Source: Rebecca billardiae RCC1528 (lineage: Eukaryota; Protista; Haptophyta). From it: 64,000 nt of DNA. The stretch covers positions 1,178,001 to 1,242,000 of the forward strand of contig OZ251232.1 in the NCBI GenBank assembly GCA_965240325.2, written 5' to 3'. Within the stretch, counting starts at the first letter, position 1, and each line of letters starts with the position of its first letter. The position numbers and the translations under genes are program-made. Shown here piece after piece: positions 1-10,991 of this stretch. The notes below the pieces were generated by a model. The model searched no databases, was not told the origin of the DNA, and worked only from the letters and a program-made list of their open reading frames with translations.

Positions 1-800
1 CGTCGCCGGCTCCGCCGCCGCCACCGCCACCGCCGAGCACACCGCCGCCACCAAGCACGCCGCTGCCGTCAAGCCTGCCACCGCCGAGCACGTCGGCTCA
101 GCCGCCACCGCCGCCACCGCTGGGCCCGCCGCCGCCGTCAAGCCCGATCACGCCGCCGCCAAGCCCGCCGCCACCGCCGAGCCCGCCGCCGCCGCCGCTG
201 AGCCTGCCGCCGCCGAGCACGCCACCGCCGAGCACGCCGTCGCCAGCTCCGCCGCCGCCGCCGCCACCGCCGAGCACGCCGCCGCCGCCAAGCACGCCGC
301 CGTCGAGCACACCGCCGCCGCCGAGCTCGCCGCCGCCGCTGAGCCGCCTGCCCCTACCGAGCACGCCGCCGCCGTGCCCGCCGAGCACGCCGAGCACGCC
401 GCCGCCGACTCTACCACCGCCGAGCACGCCGCCACGCTGAGCCTGCCACCGCCGAGCATGCCGCCGCCGAGCCTGCCTCCGCCGACTCCGCCGCCGCCAC
501 CACCCACCTCCAAACCCGCCGCCGTCGACTCGGCCGCCAAGCCCGCCGCTTCCGAGCCCACCGCCAAGCCTACCGCTGCCGACTTCGTCGCCGCCGTCGC
601 CACCGATCCCGCCGCCGCCGACTCTACCACCGCTGGGCCCGCCGCCCGCCGCCACGCCGAGCCCGCCACCGCCAAGCTCGCCGCCGCCGACTACGCCGCC
701 GTGACCGCCGCCAGGCCTTCCGGCCGCCGCCGCCCGTCGTGCCACCGCCGCCGCCGCCGCTCTTATTTCCGCCGACGACTTCGCGCCGCCGATCCCGGCC
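1..800 (+). pseudogene. Proline-rich (PPPSTPPP, extensin-like) low-complexity coding remnant, 5' truncated by the window edge
   Basis: The frame starting at base 3 reads [30 protein letters not shown]. The Pro-rich reading shifts frame at about 430 and about 510 and meets in-frame TGA, so it looks frameshifted. Confidence 0.45.
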
Positions 801-805
801 CTCGT

Positions 806-1337
806 GATCGACCCGATCGGGCACTTTGATACTTTGATGGCACGCGCGCGCCGGCCGGCCGCGTGCGCAGCGCACGGCCAAGCGCCAACTCACCGCAGCC
901 GCGCGCGTGCGTGCGCGCCGCACAGGTGGTCACGACGACGAGCACCGCGGCCGAGGAGCAGCACGGCGCGTCACGTGTGAGTCCACCTGCTCCACATGAG
1001 CTCGGCCTACGCGATCGACCCGATCGGGCACTTTGATGGCACGCGCGCGCCGGCCGCGTGCGCGCCGAGCGCGCGGCCAAGTGCCAACTCACCGCAGCCG
1101 CGCGCGTGCCGCGCGGCGTGCGCGCCGCACAGGTGGTCATGACGACGAGCACGGCGGCCGAGGAGCAGCACGGCGCGTCACGTGTGAGTCCACCTGCTCC
1201 CTATGAGCTCGGCCTACGTGATCGACCCGATCGGGCACTTTGATGGCACGCGCGCGCCGGCCGCGTGCGCGCCGAGCGCCGAGCGCGCGGCCAAGTCTAA
1301 CTCACCGCAGCCGCGCGCGTGCGTGCGCGCCGCACAG
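806..1337 (+). repeat. Tandem repeat with a 207-bp period (2.5 copies)
   Basis: GATCGACCCGATCGGGCACTTTGAT recurs at 806, 1013 and 1220, followed by near-identical sequence. Confidence 0.92.
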
Positions 1338-1937
1338 GCCTCGTGAGAAAGGCCTGTGCGGGCGGCTCGCATGGCCCTCAGAAGCAGGGCCATGCGAGCC
1401 GCGCAGCGCAGGTGGATCGCGCTCCAGCAGCTCAAGGCCGCGCTCAAGCAATCCGATCGCTTCTTCTTCCGCTTCTGAGAGTGCTGCTGCTCGTCGTTCG
1501 CCTGCAGCGCCTCAGCGTCCGAGCCCTGCGCGGCGGGCGGGCGCACCGGCGAGGCCGGCGTGCGCGCTGCGTGCTGGGCGGTCCGCGGGGGAGCAGTAGG
1601 AGGCGCGCCACGACCTCCCTTGCGCCGCCGGCGGGGGCCGGCGGGTTTTCCCTGTGGAGAAGCAGGGCCATCCTCCTGCGTGGCCGGCCTGGCGATGGAG
1701 TGCGTCAGCCGCGTGCCAGCCGTGCCATCCGCAAGCGTGATGGTCCACCAGCGCGAGAGGCCATCCGCGGCGGTGCGCTTCGATCCGTCACACAGTGCGC
1801 GGTCGGAGAAGCGCAGCTCGCCGGGGAAAGTCCCCTCGGGCTCGGTGTTCGTGGCGACGCTGGGCATCCTCGGTCTACGTGGCCATGCTGGGAGGGGGCT
1901 ACTACCCTTGGTCAGCCAGTAGTTCTTCACGCATCGG

Positions 1938-3545
1938 ATGGAGCATACGATTCGGGCCCGCTGCACACGGGCTCGCAGGATGGTGGCCGTCTTGATGCTG
2001 TGCGTTTGCTTGCAAGCACACGTTATTCAGTGGGTCTGGTCGTTGACGTGCGCGCAGCCGCAGCCGCATGCGGCGTCTCCGGGCTGGCGGCTGCACACGT
2101 ACGCCCCGCCTCTGGAGCAGCTCGGCGTGTCAGCGGAGGCGGCAGCGCGCTACTGGCGACACATCCAGGTGGGACCGACGCGCTTGCCCTGGGACGTCGG
2201 TGGGCAGGCTCACAACCTTGCGCGCGATCTACCCGAGGCGTTGCCGGCGTGGGCAGGTCCACCGCCCCGCCGAGCGGACGAGCGCGTGCTCTCCTTCCTT
2301 CCGATCGCGCCGTACGTGCTGTGCATGAACACAGACGACTACGGTGCCGAGACGAGCAACGCCATGATGCGCCTCAAGGGCTCGTTCCCGCGGTGGCGCG
2401 GAACTCCTGTGATGCACGAGGCGATGCACCCGCCGTGCCTTGGCAACACGACGCTCGCATGCCCCGCGTACGAGCGCGTGCTGCGCTGGATGACCGAGCA
2501 GCCAAGCTGGCCTGCCCGTGAGCACCTGCATGTCCTGCTGCTCATGTCGGCCGACGTGCCGCGCCTCGCGCACGAGTGTGCCGAGCGTAACCGCATCCCG
2601 AAGCACGAGCGCTCGGTGTACGCGCTCGTTGGCCGTTCGATCCTCGTCACGACGGAGGGGCGGCGCTGGACGTGGCGCGAGGAGCGCGCGGACGGCAGGC
2701 TGCTCGTCGCGCCGCAGTGGTCACCGCCCTTCTTCATGTTCAACGGCTCGCACGCGCGCCTCCGCGCCTCCAAAACCGAGATCGTGGCGATGAAGACGGT
2801 CGCAGGAAAGAAGTGCCACCGGTACGACGACCCATGTCACCAGGCAAAGATGTATTGCGCCACTTCGTCGCCCGAGGCACGGCGTGCCATCGACGCTGGT
2901 AAAACGCCATCCGCGGACGCACGGCCAGGCGAGGTCAGGCGCGCTCTGGTGATCGCCATGCAGAACCTGACCGGCCTGCCGATGGGCCAGTACTGGTCGG
3001 GGCGGACCAAGCTGGAGACGTCCCCGAAGACGGCGCTGATGAGGATCGCGCGCGCGTACAAGAAGGCGATCTTCACCCTCGTGCCGCCCGGGGACACAGT
3101 CACATCGTCGCGTGTGTACAACGCGCTCGCAGCCGTCTCCATCCCAGTGCTCCTCATCCCTGACGAGTTCCTGCCCTTCCACTCGCTCGTGCCGTGGGCC
3201 AACATCTCGCTGTCGATCGACCCTGCGGACGTGCTCGCCTATGTGCGAAGCAAGGCCGACGGACCCTCGCAGCACCCAAACCCGCTGTGGAAGCTGCAGC
3301 AGCTTGTCGACTCAGAGCCGCACCGGGTGGCCGAGATGCAGCGCCAGCTGGCAAAGTACCGCTGGCACGTGATGTACCACAACGGCTCGCCCAAGATGCG
3401 AGTCGTGCCCTTCGACAGGGAAGACAAGGAAGAGCGCGCTCGTAGGCCGCCGCATGAGTGGCCCTCGGCTGCGAAGAGCGTGGCGCATGATCTGGTGCAC
3501 GCAGCCGAGCGACGACGGCGCCCGGCCGATCGGGCGATAAAATGA
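1938..3545 (+). CDS. Exostosin-family (GT47) glycosyltransferase
   Basis: 535-aa ORF with an N-terminal hydrophobic anchor and the C-terminal GT47 signature AIFTLVPPGDTVTSSRVYNALAAVSIPVLL...LPFHSLVPWANISLSI. The start could be 1938 or 1980. Confidence 0.8.
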   Translation: MEHTIRARCTRARRMVAVLMLCVCLQAHVIQWVWSLTCAQPQPHAASPGWRLHTYAPPLEQLGVSAEAAARYWRHIQVGPTRLPWDVGGQAHNLARDLPEALPAWAGPPPRRADERVLSFLPIAPYVLCMNTDDYGAETSNAMMRLKGSFPRWRGTPVMHEAMHPPCLGNTTLACPAYERVLRWMTEQPSWPAREHLHVLLLMSADVPRLAHECAERNRIPKHERSVYALVGRSILVTTEGRRWTWREERADGRLLVAPQWSPPFFMFNGSHARLRASKTEIVAMKTVAGKKCHRYDDPCHQAKMYCATSSPEARRAIDAGKTPSADARPGEVRRALVIAMQNLTGLPMGQYWSGRTKLETSPKTALMRIARAYKKAIFTLVPPGDTVTSSRVYNALAAVSIPVLLIPDEFLPFHSLVPWANISLSIDPADVLAYVRSKADGPSQHPNPLWKLQQLVDSEPHRVAEMQRQLAKYRWHVMYHNGSPKMRVVPFDREDKEERARRPPHEWPSAAKSVAHDLVHAAERRRRPADRAIK

Positions 3546-3551
3546 CCGCGC

Positions 3552-3625
3552 GCCGATGACAGTGTCACTCTGTCAGTGTCCGCGATGCCCCCGGCGGGGG
3601 CATCGCGGACACTGATGTCATCGGC
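3552..3625. repeat. Hairpin with perfect 20-bp arms (3573-3592 / 3596-3615) and outer 9-bp arms
   Basis: TCAGTGTCCGCGATGCCCCC-GGC-GGGGGCATCGCGGACACTGA, flanked by GCCGATGAC / GTCATCGGC. Confidence 0.9.
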
Positions 3626-3946
3626 AGCACCCGCATCACTCTAACGGTTCGGTTACTACTAGCTAGTTGAATATATTATTATGACCGCGCGTTCCGCGCG
3701 GTCCTTTTCTGCCCGATAGAAAGAATCAACGCAGTAGTGGGGGCCCGCGGTGGCCGTGCAATCGCGGCTCTCTGCCGTAGTGGCAGTTCCGCCAGTTGAA
3801 GTCGGTTCTGAGATGACTGAAGAGTACAGTCTAACTATTATTAGTCCGACCGTCGCCCTGCCTGCGATCCCGCGAGACTCATTCACACTTCACACAATCC
3901 GACAGCAGTGCGGACCTGAGTGAGACCGCACCCGGCAACCGTCAAA

Positions 3947-5291
3947 GTCGGACGTCCGTCTGACAACTAGCTGATGCCAAATGTCCAACTGGCTGATCAG
4001 CTCGGATCCGACCCGTCCGCGATCGTGCCATCGGCATCGGACGTCCGTCTGACAACTTTTACTAGCTGCCAAACTGTCCAAATTCTCTGGCTGATCAGCT
4101 CGGATCGGCGACCCGTCCGCGATCGTGCCGAGTCAGTCGTGCCGCGGAGCTCGGAGTACTGAAGGAGTCGGGTGTGACAGCAGGGTGCTTTAGCGCTGCG
4201 GCCCGTGCCAGCCAACGACGACCAGACGTACTCTGGCCCGACTTGACCCGTTGCACGGGGGCAGTGACCGTACGCCCTGCTACCGCGCGCGCCGCGCGAC
4301 TCGGGGTGATGGAGAGCGGATGGCGACAGCAGCAGCAGTCCTCATGAAGACGATGAAGCTGGCGGCACGGGTGCACGAGGTGGCAGGCGAAAGCGCGCCG
4401 ACGAGACCGCATTTGACACACCTGAGCCGCACGCGCGTGCCGTCGCCGAGCCGGCTGCAAACGCAATAACTACCGCGCGCGCCACGACGGCGCGGCACTA
4501 GCTGATGCAGGCCGTACTGCCGGCACTGCTTCTGCGATCATGCGCCACGGTCGCAGCTGACTGCGTGAGCAGCAAGCGGGAGGCGGGTCCGGAGGCACGT
4601 GCAGGCGCGCTCGCAGCCAGGGGTTGGTCCCATCCGCCATCGTGCTAGCTGCCAAACAGTGTCCAACTCTGGGCTCTGGCTGATCAGCTCGGCCATCCGA
4701 CCCGTCCGCGATCGTGCCGAGTGAGTCGTGCCGCGGAGCTCGGAGTACTGAAGGAGTCGGGTGTGACAGCAGGGTGCTTTAGCGCTGCGGCCCGTGCCAG
4801 CCAACGACGACCAGACGTACTCTGGCCACTTGACCCGTTGCACGGGCCCCGTACACGGGGCGGAGTGACCGAGTACGCCCTGCTACCGCGCGCGCCGCGC
4901 GACTCGGGGTGATGGAGAGCGGATGGCGACAGCAGCAGCAGTCCTCATGAAGACGATGAAGCTGGCGGCACGGGTGCACGAGGTGGCAGGCGAAAGCGCG
5001 CCGACGAGACCGCATTTGACACACCTGAGCCGCACGCGCGTGCGGCCGTCGCCGAGCGGGACCGAGCCCGGCGGCTCGGCAAACAAACGGCAACTACCGC
5101 GCGCGCCACGATGGCGCGGCGGCGGGCGCGGCACTAGCTGATGCAGGCCGTACTGCCGGCACTGCTTCTGCGATCATGCGCCACAGTCGCAGCTGACTGC
5201 GTGAGCAGCAAGCGGGAGGCGGGTCCGGAGGCACGTGCAGGCGCGCTCGCAGCCAGCCAGGGCCGGTTCGGGTCCCTGATCCGCCATCGTG
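3947..5291 (+). repeat. Tandem duplication (about 583-650 bp; copies at 4062-4644 and 4645-5291) preceded by an approximately 90-bp partial copy
   Basis: Long identical blocks, e.g. GTCGTGCCGCGGAGCTCGGAGTACTGAAGGAGTCGGG at about 4136 and about 4726. The copies differ mostly by short insertions. Confidence 0.92.
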
Positions 5292-6175
5292 CGCCGGGCA
5301 CGTCACCTCCGATCCGGATGTGACCAGTCCGGACGTCACGCGATCCGGGACGACGAATACGATTCGCTCGTAACGAACCGTTACGTTAAAGTCACGTCCG
5401 GCTCACACGCAGATCGCGCACTTTACTTACTAGGGAATATCGTGGGCGCGGTCTTTTCTCGCCGATGAATGAACGTATCATCTCTATGCGCGGTCGTCTC
5501 AAAAAATCGAAACTCGGTCTCCACCTCCCTGAAAATCGTCCCGGCCCCGGGCCCTTTTTTCTTTGATCGAAGATCTTAAGATCTTTATTTGAAACGTGGT
5601 TCGGCCCCGCACTGCGGGCTCCACGCTGCGCGCTCCGCCCTGCACCGCGGGCCACAATAATATACTGCGCTATATATATTTTAGTACTCTGTCGCCTGCC
5701 TGGGCTGTGTGCGTCGATCTCTTATTCTTAGTTAGTAAACTGTCATATGTCACTCAGATTACTCAGTGAGTAGAGAGTAATACGGTGATTCATCATTCAG
5801 TGAATACTGCGCTAATAAAATAATTAGCAGTCACGGTAAATGTCACGGTTCTCAGAGTATCTGATGAGTGCGGGCTCGAGGCCGCTCAAGCGCAATGCAG
5901 ACGTCGTGCCATCCCAAACAATCAAGCTCACAGTCGACCGACTCGGGGCCATCCGAATATCCGACGAGTGATGGGTTGCCGCACTCGGCCGCGGCCTCGG
6001 CGCGAGAGGATTCTCCTGACTCCTCTCGCACGTCGGCCGTCGGGTGGCCTGTCTGCGGCGGCCGGTGGTCAGCCTCACGGCTCCACGGGCGTCATCGGAC
6101 CGCGCCCTCGAGTGGGATCATGCACACACCAGTGCCGGTCGGGAAGGGTGTGGCGTGCGCGCGCAGCCCGCGCGC

Positions 6176-7779
6176 CTACGCGCGGCCCGGGCCGCTCGTG
6201 GCCGGCGGCACCTCGTCCGCGTCCGGCTGCGCGTCCTCCTGCGAGAAGTCGGTCTGCGGGAGGAACATCGAGCCGAAGACCGGGTAGTGCACGAGCGGGA
6301 TGAGCAGCGCCGTCGCGATGACGCAGAAGCCGTGGATGAGGAACGGCGTGCGCGGGTCCGCTGCGTTGGCGTACGCGCGGTAGATGAAGCCCCACAGCAC
6401 GGCGCCAAAGTTGCCGCCCGCGCCGACGATGCCCGAGACCGGGCCGAGCGCCTTGAGGTGCTTGCCCACGTACGGCACAACCGAGTACTGCGCGCCCTCC
6501 GCCATCTGCACAAAGGTGGAGAAGCCGATCAGGAGCACGATGGCGAGCGGGAAGAGCGTCGACGGCACGCGCGAGAAGCAGATGAGCATGATGCCCTCCA
6601 TGAACTGCACGAGGAAGAAGACCCAGTGCCGGCCGCGGTGCGAGAACTTCTTGTTGGCGAGGTCGGACGCGATGCCGCCGAGCGAGCGCGCAAACAGGTT
6701 CATCAGGCCGAACATCGACGCGGCGAGGCCAGCCTCCTGCAGCGAGAGGCCGAAGTACTCGAAGAAGTACAGCGCGAGCACGTTGTTCATCGTGAGCTCC
6801 GTGCCGAAGCAGCCGCCGTACACGATGAAGAGGACCCACACGCGCGGGTCCTTGGCGCCCTCGAGGAACACCTTGGCGCCGTTCTGCTTCTTGCGCTCGC
6901 CCGACGCGTACAGCTCCTTGAAGGTGCCCTCCGGCACGTCGTCCGAGGTAAGGTAGAGCGCGATGCCGACGAGGAAGAGCATGAACGCCGGCACGAGCAC
7001 CGCCAGCCGCCAAGCCAGGTCGTACCCGAACGAGATGAACCACGAGAAGACGAACGGCATGAACACCTGCGTGAAGCCGCCGCCCAGGTTGCCCCAGCCC
7101 GCCGACGTGGCGTTGGCCGTGCCGACGACGTTCTTCGAGAACATGACGGAGGTCCAGAACTGCGTGATCACGAACGTCGCGCCCATGCCGCCGATGAAGA
7201 AGCGGCTCGTGATGATGCCCACCGGCGTGGTCGAGAGCGCCGAGCCGGCGAGCGGGATCGAGAAGACCATCACCATGAACGCCTGCGAGAAGCGCGGGCC
7301 GTAGGTCTCCGCCCACGCGCCGACGAGGAAGCGCATGGCGATGGTGCCCGCGATTGAGACGATGATCGAGTTGCCGATCTCCGTGCGGCACGGCGGACCG
7401 CACACGCAGTCACGCGGCGTGTCCACGCCGTTGTCCCAGCCGCCGTTCGAGCAGAGGCCGACGGACACGCGCCACACGGCCGTGAGCGGGGCGAGGGCGA
7501 ACCAGCCGGTGAAGGCGAGGAAGAAGGAGAGCCAGGCGAAGTGGACTGCGCGGCACAGGGAGCACGGCGAGACGGGGTGGTGAGTGCGCGCACGCATGCG
7601 CGCGCGCGCGCGAGAGAGACGCATGTTGGGTGCGCGCGCGCGCGCGCGGGGGAGGGAGAGAAAGGAGGGGCGGCGCGCGTACAGGCACGCATGTGCGGGC
7701 GCTTGAACGACCAGATCTTGATCAGGGTGGCCTTGGAATCGGCGTCGACGGGGAGATCGAACTTGCTCTCCTTCGACAT
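6176..7779 (-). CDS. NRT2: High-affinity nitrate/nitrite transporter (NRT2/NNP family, MFS); intron 7546-7682
   Basis: Splicing gives MSKESKFDLPVD...RPHMRA-FHFAWLSFF. Nitrate signatures NVVGTANATSAGWGNLGGG, YGGCFGTELT and GIVGAGGNFG are present, and the intron is GT..AG. Confidence 0.95.
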
Positions 7780-8423
7780 GGTGCGCGTGTGTCGGTCGGA
7801 GGGAGGGCGAACGTGGACCAGGGCCGTGACCGAGCGGCGCGGGCCGGTGACGATTCCGTATCGCAAGAACAGCGCGCTCGCCTTTTGGCTGTCCACGGCC
7901 TGTCCGAGACAGCAATTCGCCTAGGCGCAGGGCGTTTCAGGTGGTCAGCGACGAAAACCGACTCAAGGGTCAGCGAATTCTCAGAAGGTTTGAGTCCTAC
8001 TTGGAGCCTGATTCTTAAAACCTCGCGTGTCGCTTGGCGAATCGGCAAGGTGATTCCAATGATAAGGATCAGGTCAGAATTTTCTTGGGAGCCTGAAGTG
8101 AGACACTGCGGCGGTTTAACTGTATGTCGCAGAATGTGAGATGCCGCTTCGAAACCACCCCATCAATACTACAGTATGCATGCTGTATCATACATGATCA
8201 TATCCGCCGAACGTGCCCAGATATCAGGCTCTAGCCTCTCGGCCTTGCTTGGGCAGTGATCTGGGCAGTGGGCACTCGGTCGCCACGCGAGGCCGGCCAG
8301 CGACGCGGCAGCGGCGGGGACGCGATCCGAAGCGACGTCGGCCGCGCCCGGTCGAATTCCCGTCCGTCGTCCGCGCCCTCCGCCGCCAGCGCACACGCCG
8401 CGAGCCGGTCGCCTCCCCGGGCA

Positions 8424-10991
8424 TCAGCACCGCGCCACCTCGATGTAGAACCGCTCGACGTGCTGCCCGTGCTCCCAGAAGCGGTCAAAGTAGGACTGCG
8501 CGCGCACCGCGTGCCCCTCCGCAGGGCCGGGCGCGCCGTGCCGGACGGCGACGCCGCAGATCTGCTCGGCGATGGCGGAGTCCGAGACGCGCGCCGCGGG
8601 GGCGAAGAGGCGGCTCGCGCCGATCGTTCGCGCGAGCGTGCGCGCGTACGCGCGTGAATCTGTCAGGATCGTCAGCCGACCTGCCGCGCCCGCGCCCGCG
8701 CCCGCCGCCGCAGCCGCGCCCGCCTTGGCCGGCGGCGCGAGCGCCGCATGTGCCGCTGCGAAGAATCGAGCGCTCAGGAGCTCGACGGCGGACTCGGCGC
8801 TGGCGTCGCCCGAGTGGTGCGGCGGCTCGGGGAAGTTGACAAACAGCCGGGCGACGCGCCCGCGAGGCACGTGGCGCTCGAGCACGCGGAGCGCGTCGCC
8901 GGCCGCGACCGCCAGGTTGGGCAGCCGGCGCGTGAGTGCGCGCGAGCAGATGGCCCACGCTCGATCGCACCGCAGCTCGACCGCCAGCCAGCGCACCGCG
9001 CCGCGCGTAGCGTCGGCCTGCGCCACGACCCAGTCGCCGTTGCCCGAGCAAACCTCGACGTGCAGCGGCGCGCTTGCCTCCGCGCCGTCCGCGTCGAAGA
9101 GGTGCCGCGTCCGCAGCGTGCCGCTCGCGCGGCCGATGCGGTGCGCATACGCGGCGCTGAAGTTGGTGAGCGACAGCGGCGCGCCGCCGCGGGCGGTCGC
9201 GGGCGTGGCGGCGCGCGGCCGCGCATGCGCGCCCCGACTCGGGGGCGTCGCGGCCGCGTCACCGCGCGCGCGCTTTCGCCCCGCGCGCAGCGGCGACGAG
9301 TCGTGCGCGAGGCCAGGCGTCGCCCCGGCGGAAGCGTGCGCGCGGCACGCCCGCCTCAGCCCGAACGCGCGGAGCAGCGAGGCCAGCAGGCCCTGGGCCA
9401 CGCGGTCGCCCACGCCGTCGCCCGCGACCGCGGCCGCGCGCGCGCCTCTGCCGCCAGCCGCCGAGCCGCGCAGGCCGCATTGGGTCCGCGCTGCGCGGGC
9501 CAACGCGGATGGCCCCGCCGGGGCGGGTTCGACCAGCGCGGTCGCCTCAGCGACGCCATCCCCCGCGGCGGCCACAGCGGCCGCGCTCGGCTTTGCCGCC
9601 TCGGCACCGTCCGCCGAGTCGAAGTCGAAGAGGAAAGTCCGGCTGAGCTGCGCGAGCACAGCCGGCGCGAGGCCGGCGCGCGGCGCGGCACGGCCCGCGG
9701 GCCGAGCCTCGCGCGGCTCGTCCGCCGCCTCCACGGCGCGACGCTCGGCACGCGCAGATTCGGAGCGCACGAACGTGCCGATGCGGTTGAGCTCGCGCTT
9801 GAGCTCCTGCACCGCCAGCTGCTCGTACCACGACGTCTCCGCCTCGCCACCGGACGCCCCGCCGCCGCGCTCCCTCTCGCGCGCCGCCGTGGCCAGCCGT
9901 GCATGCCGCAGCTCGGCTTCGCGGACGGCCGCCAGCCCCTCGGCGAAGCGGCCGAGCAGCGCGTGCGCGTGCGCCTCGGCGAGGGCGAGCTCGCAGAGCA
10001 GCGTGTCTCGCAGCTCCTCGGCGGACGCCGACGCGGCGGCGAGCGCCTCCTCGTCCGCCGCGACACCCACGCCGCCGGCGCGCTCGCCGTCGTCGGCCGC
10101 GCGGCCGCCCCGGCCGCGTGCGCCACCACCACCGCCGGTCTGCAGCACGTGTGCGGGGTGGCCGAAGCGGCAGCGCGAGCCGCGCGGGCACGTATTGGCG
10201 CCCTCGAGCCAGAAGAGGCACACGGGCGTCTCGGCCGGCGCCTGCGCCTCGTCGCCGCCTCGCGTGTCGCCGAGTGGCCGCTTCGCTGCCGCCGCCGCGC
10301 CCGGCTGCCCGTGCGATGGCGGCGGCGGCGGCGTGATGCGCTGCGCAAGCCTGCGGAGGGCGCGCGCGTCGAGGTGCATGGCCAGGAGCTTGCACATGAG
10401 GCGGTAGGTGGTGGCGTCTGGCTCGAGGCTCCACTCCGACCCGAGCCGCGCGTACAGCCGCCGCGCGAGCCGCACGTGCCCGGTGCGCACGCAGCCGCGG
10501 AGCGCGGTGTTGATCGCTCGCACATCCGGACGCACGGGCGCGCGCCCGCGCCGAGCGTGCTCGCCGGAGGCGGAGGTCATGTCGTCGAGCAGCGCGACGG
10601 CGCGGGTAGTCTCGCCCGTGTTCACGTACCCCTTCACCAGTGCCGTGAGCACCGCAGCGTTCGCCTCGAGCCCGGCCGCCATCATGGACTCCGCCGCGCC
10701 GAGGGCGCCGCACATGTCGCCCGACGAGCCATACGCGTTGACGACCGCGCAGCACGTGTACACGGTGGGGCTGAGGCCCTCTGCGCGGAGCCGCTCGTAC
10801 ACGGCGAGAGCTGCGGAGAGCTGCTTGCGCTGCGCGTGCTCGGCGATCTCGCGCGTCAAGCGAGCGGTGCGCTCGCCCTCCGTGGAGGCCGGCGCCATCT
10901 TGCTGATGGCCATCATACTCGGCCTCGCGAGATCGGAATCCGGATCACGACGTGTCCACTGCTGGCAAATTACTGCTGCGGTGCTGCCCAC
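8424..10991 (-). CDS. PPR-repeat + CCCH zinc finger + tRNA (guanine-N7) methyltransferase (TrmB-like) fusion (PPR-TGM type)
   Basis: PPR motifs (VYTCCAVVNAYGSSGD, AVLTALVKGYVNTGE, VRAINTALRGCVRTGH), CCCH finger CLFWLEGANTCPRGSRCRFGH, and TrmB motifs VEVCSGNGDW, AVELR, FVNFPEP, LTILTD, SYFDRFW. The true start is probably the MMAISKM ATG near 10914. Confidence 0.85.
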   Translation of the reverse strand: MGSTAAVICQQWTRRDPDSDLARPSMMAISKMAPASTEGERTARLTREIAEHAQRKQLSAALAVYERLRAEGLSPTVYTCCAVVNAYGSSGDMCGALGAAESMMAAGLEANAAVLTALVKGYVNTGETTRAVALLDDMTSASGEHARRGRAPVRPDVRAINTALRGCVRTGHVRLARRLYARLGSEWSLEPDATTYRLMCKLLAMHLDARALRRLAQRITPPPPPSHGQPGAAAAAKRPLGDTRGGDEAQAPAETPVCLFWLEGANTCPRGSRCRFGHPAHVLQTGGGGGARGRGGRAADDGERAGGVGVAADEEALAAASASAEELRDTLLCELALAEAHAHALLGRFAEGLAAVREAELRHARLATAARERERGGGASGGEAETSWYEQLAVQELKRELNRIGTFVRSESARAERRAVEAADEPREARPAGRAAPRAGLAPAVLAQLSRTFLFDFDSADGAEAAKPSAAAVAAAGDGVAEATALVEPAPAGPSALARAARTQCGLRGSAAGGRGARAAAVAGDGVGDRVAQGLLASLLRAFGLRRACRAHASAGATPGLAHDSSPLRAGRKRARGDAAATPPSRGAHARPRAATPATARGGAPLSLTNFSAAYAHRIGRASGTLRTRHLFDADGAEASAPLHVEVCSGNGDWVVAQADATRGAVRWLAVELRCDRAWAICSRALTRRLPNLAVAAGDALRVLERHVPRGRVARLFVNFPEPPHHSGDASAESAVELLSARFFAAAHAALAPPAKAGAAAAAGAGAGAAGRLTILTDSRAYARTLARTIGASRLFAPAARVSDSAIAEQICGVAVRHGAPGPAEGHAVRAQSYFDRFWEHGQHVERFYIEVARC

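Noticed and set aside
806-1337. Repeat-spacer appearance suggesting CRISPR
   Set aside because: The whole 207-bp unit repeats with no unique spacers, no cas genes are present, and the context is eukaryotic.
3742-5653. 11-bp inverted match GGCCCGCGGTG / CACCGCGGGCC as TIRs around the tandem duplication
   Set aside because: Too short and GC-rich to be significant, and no TSD.
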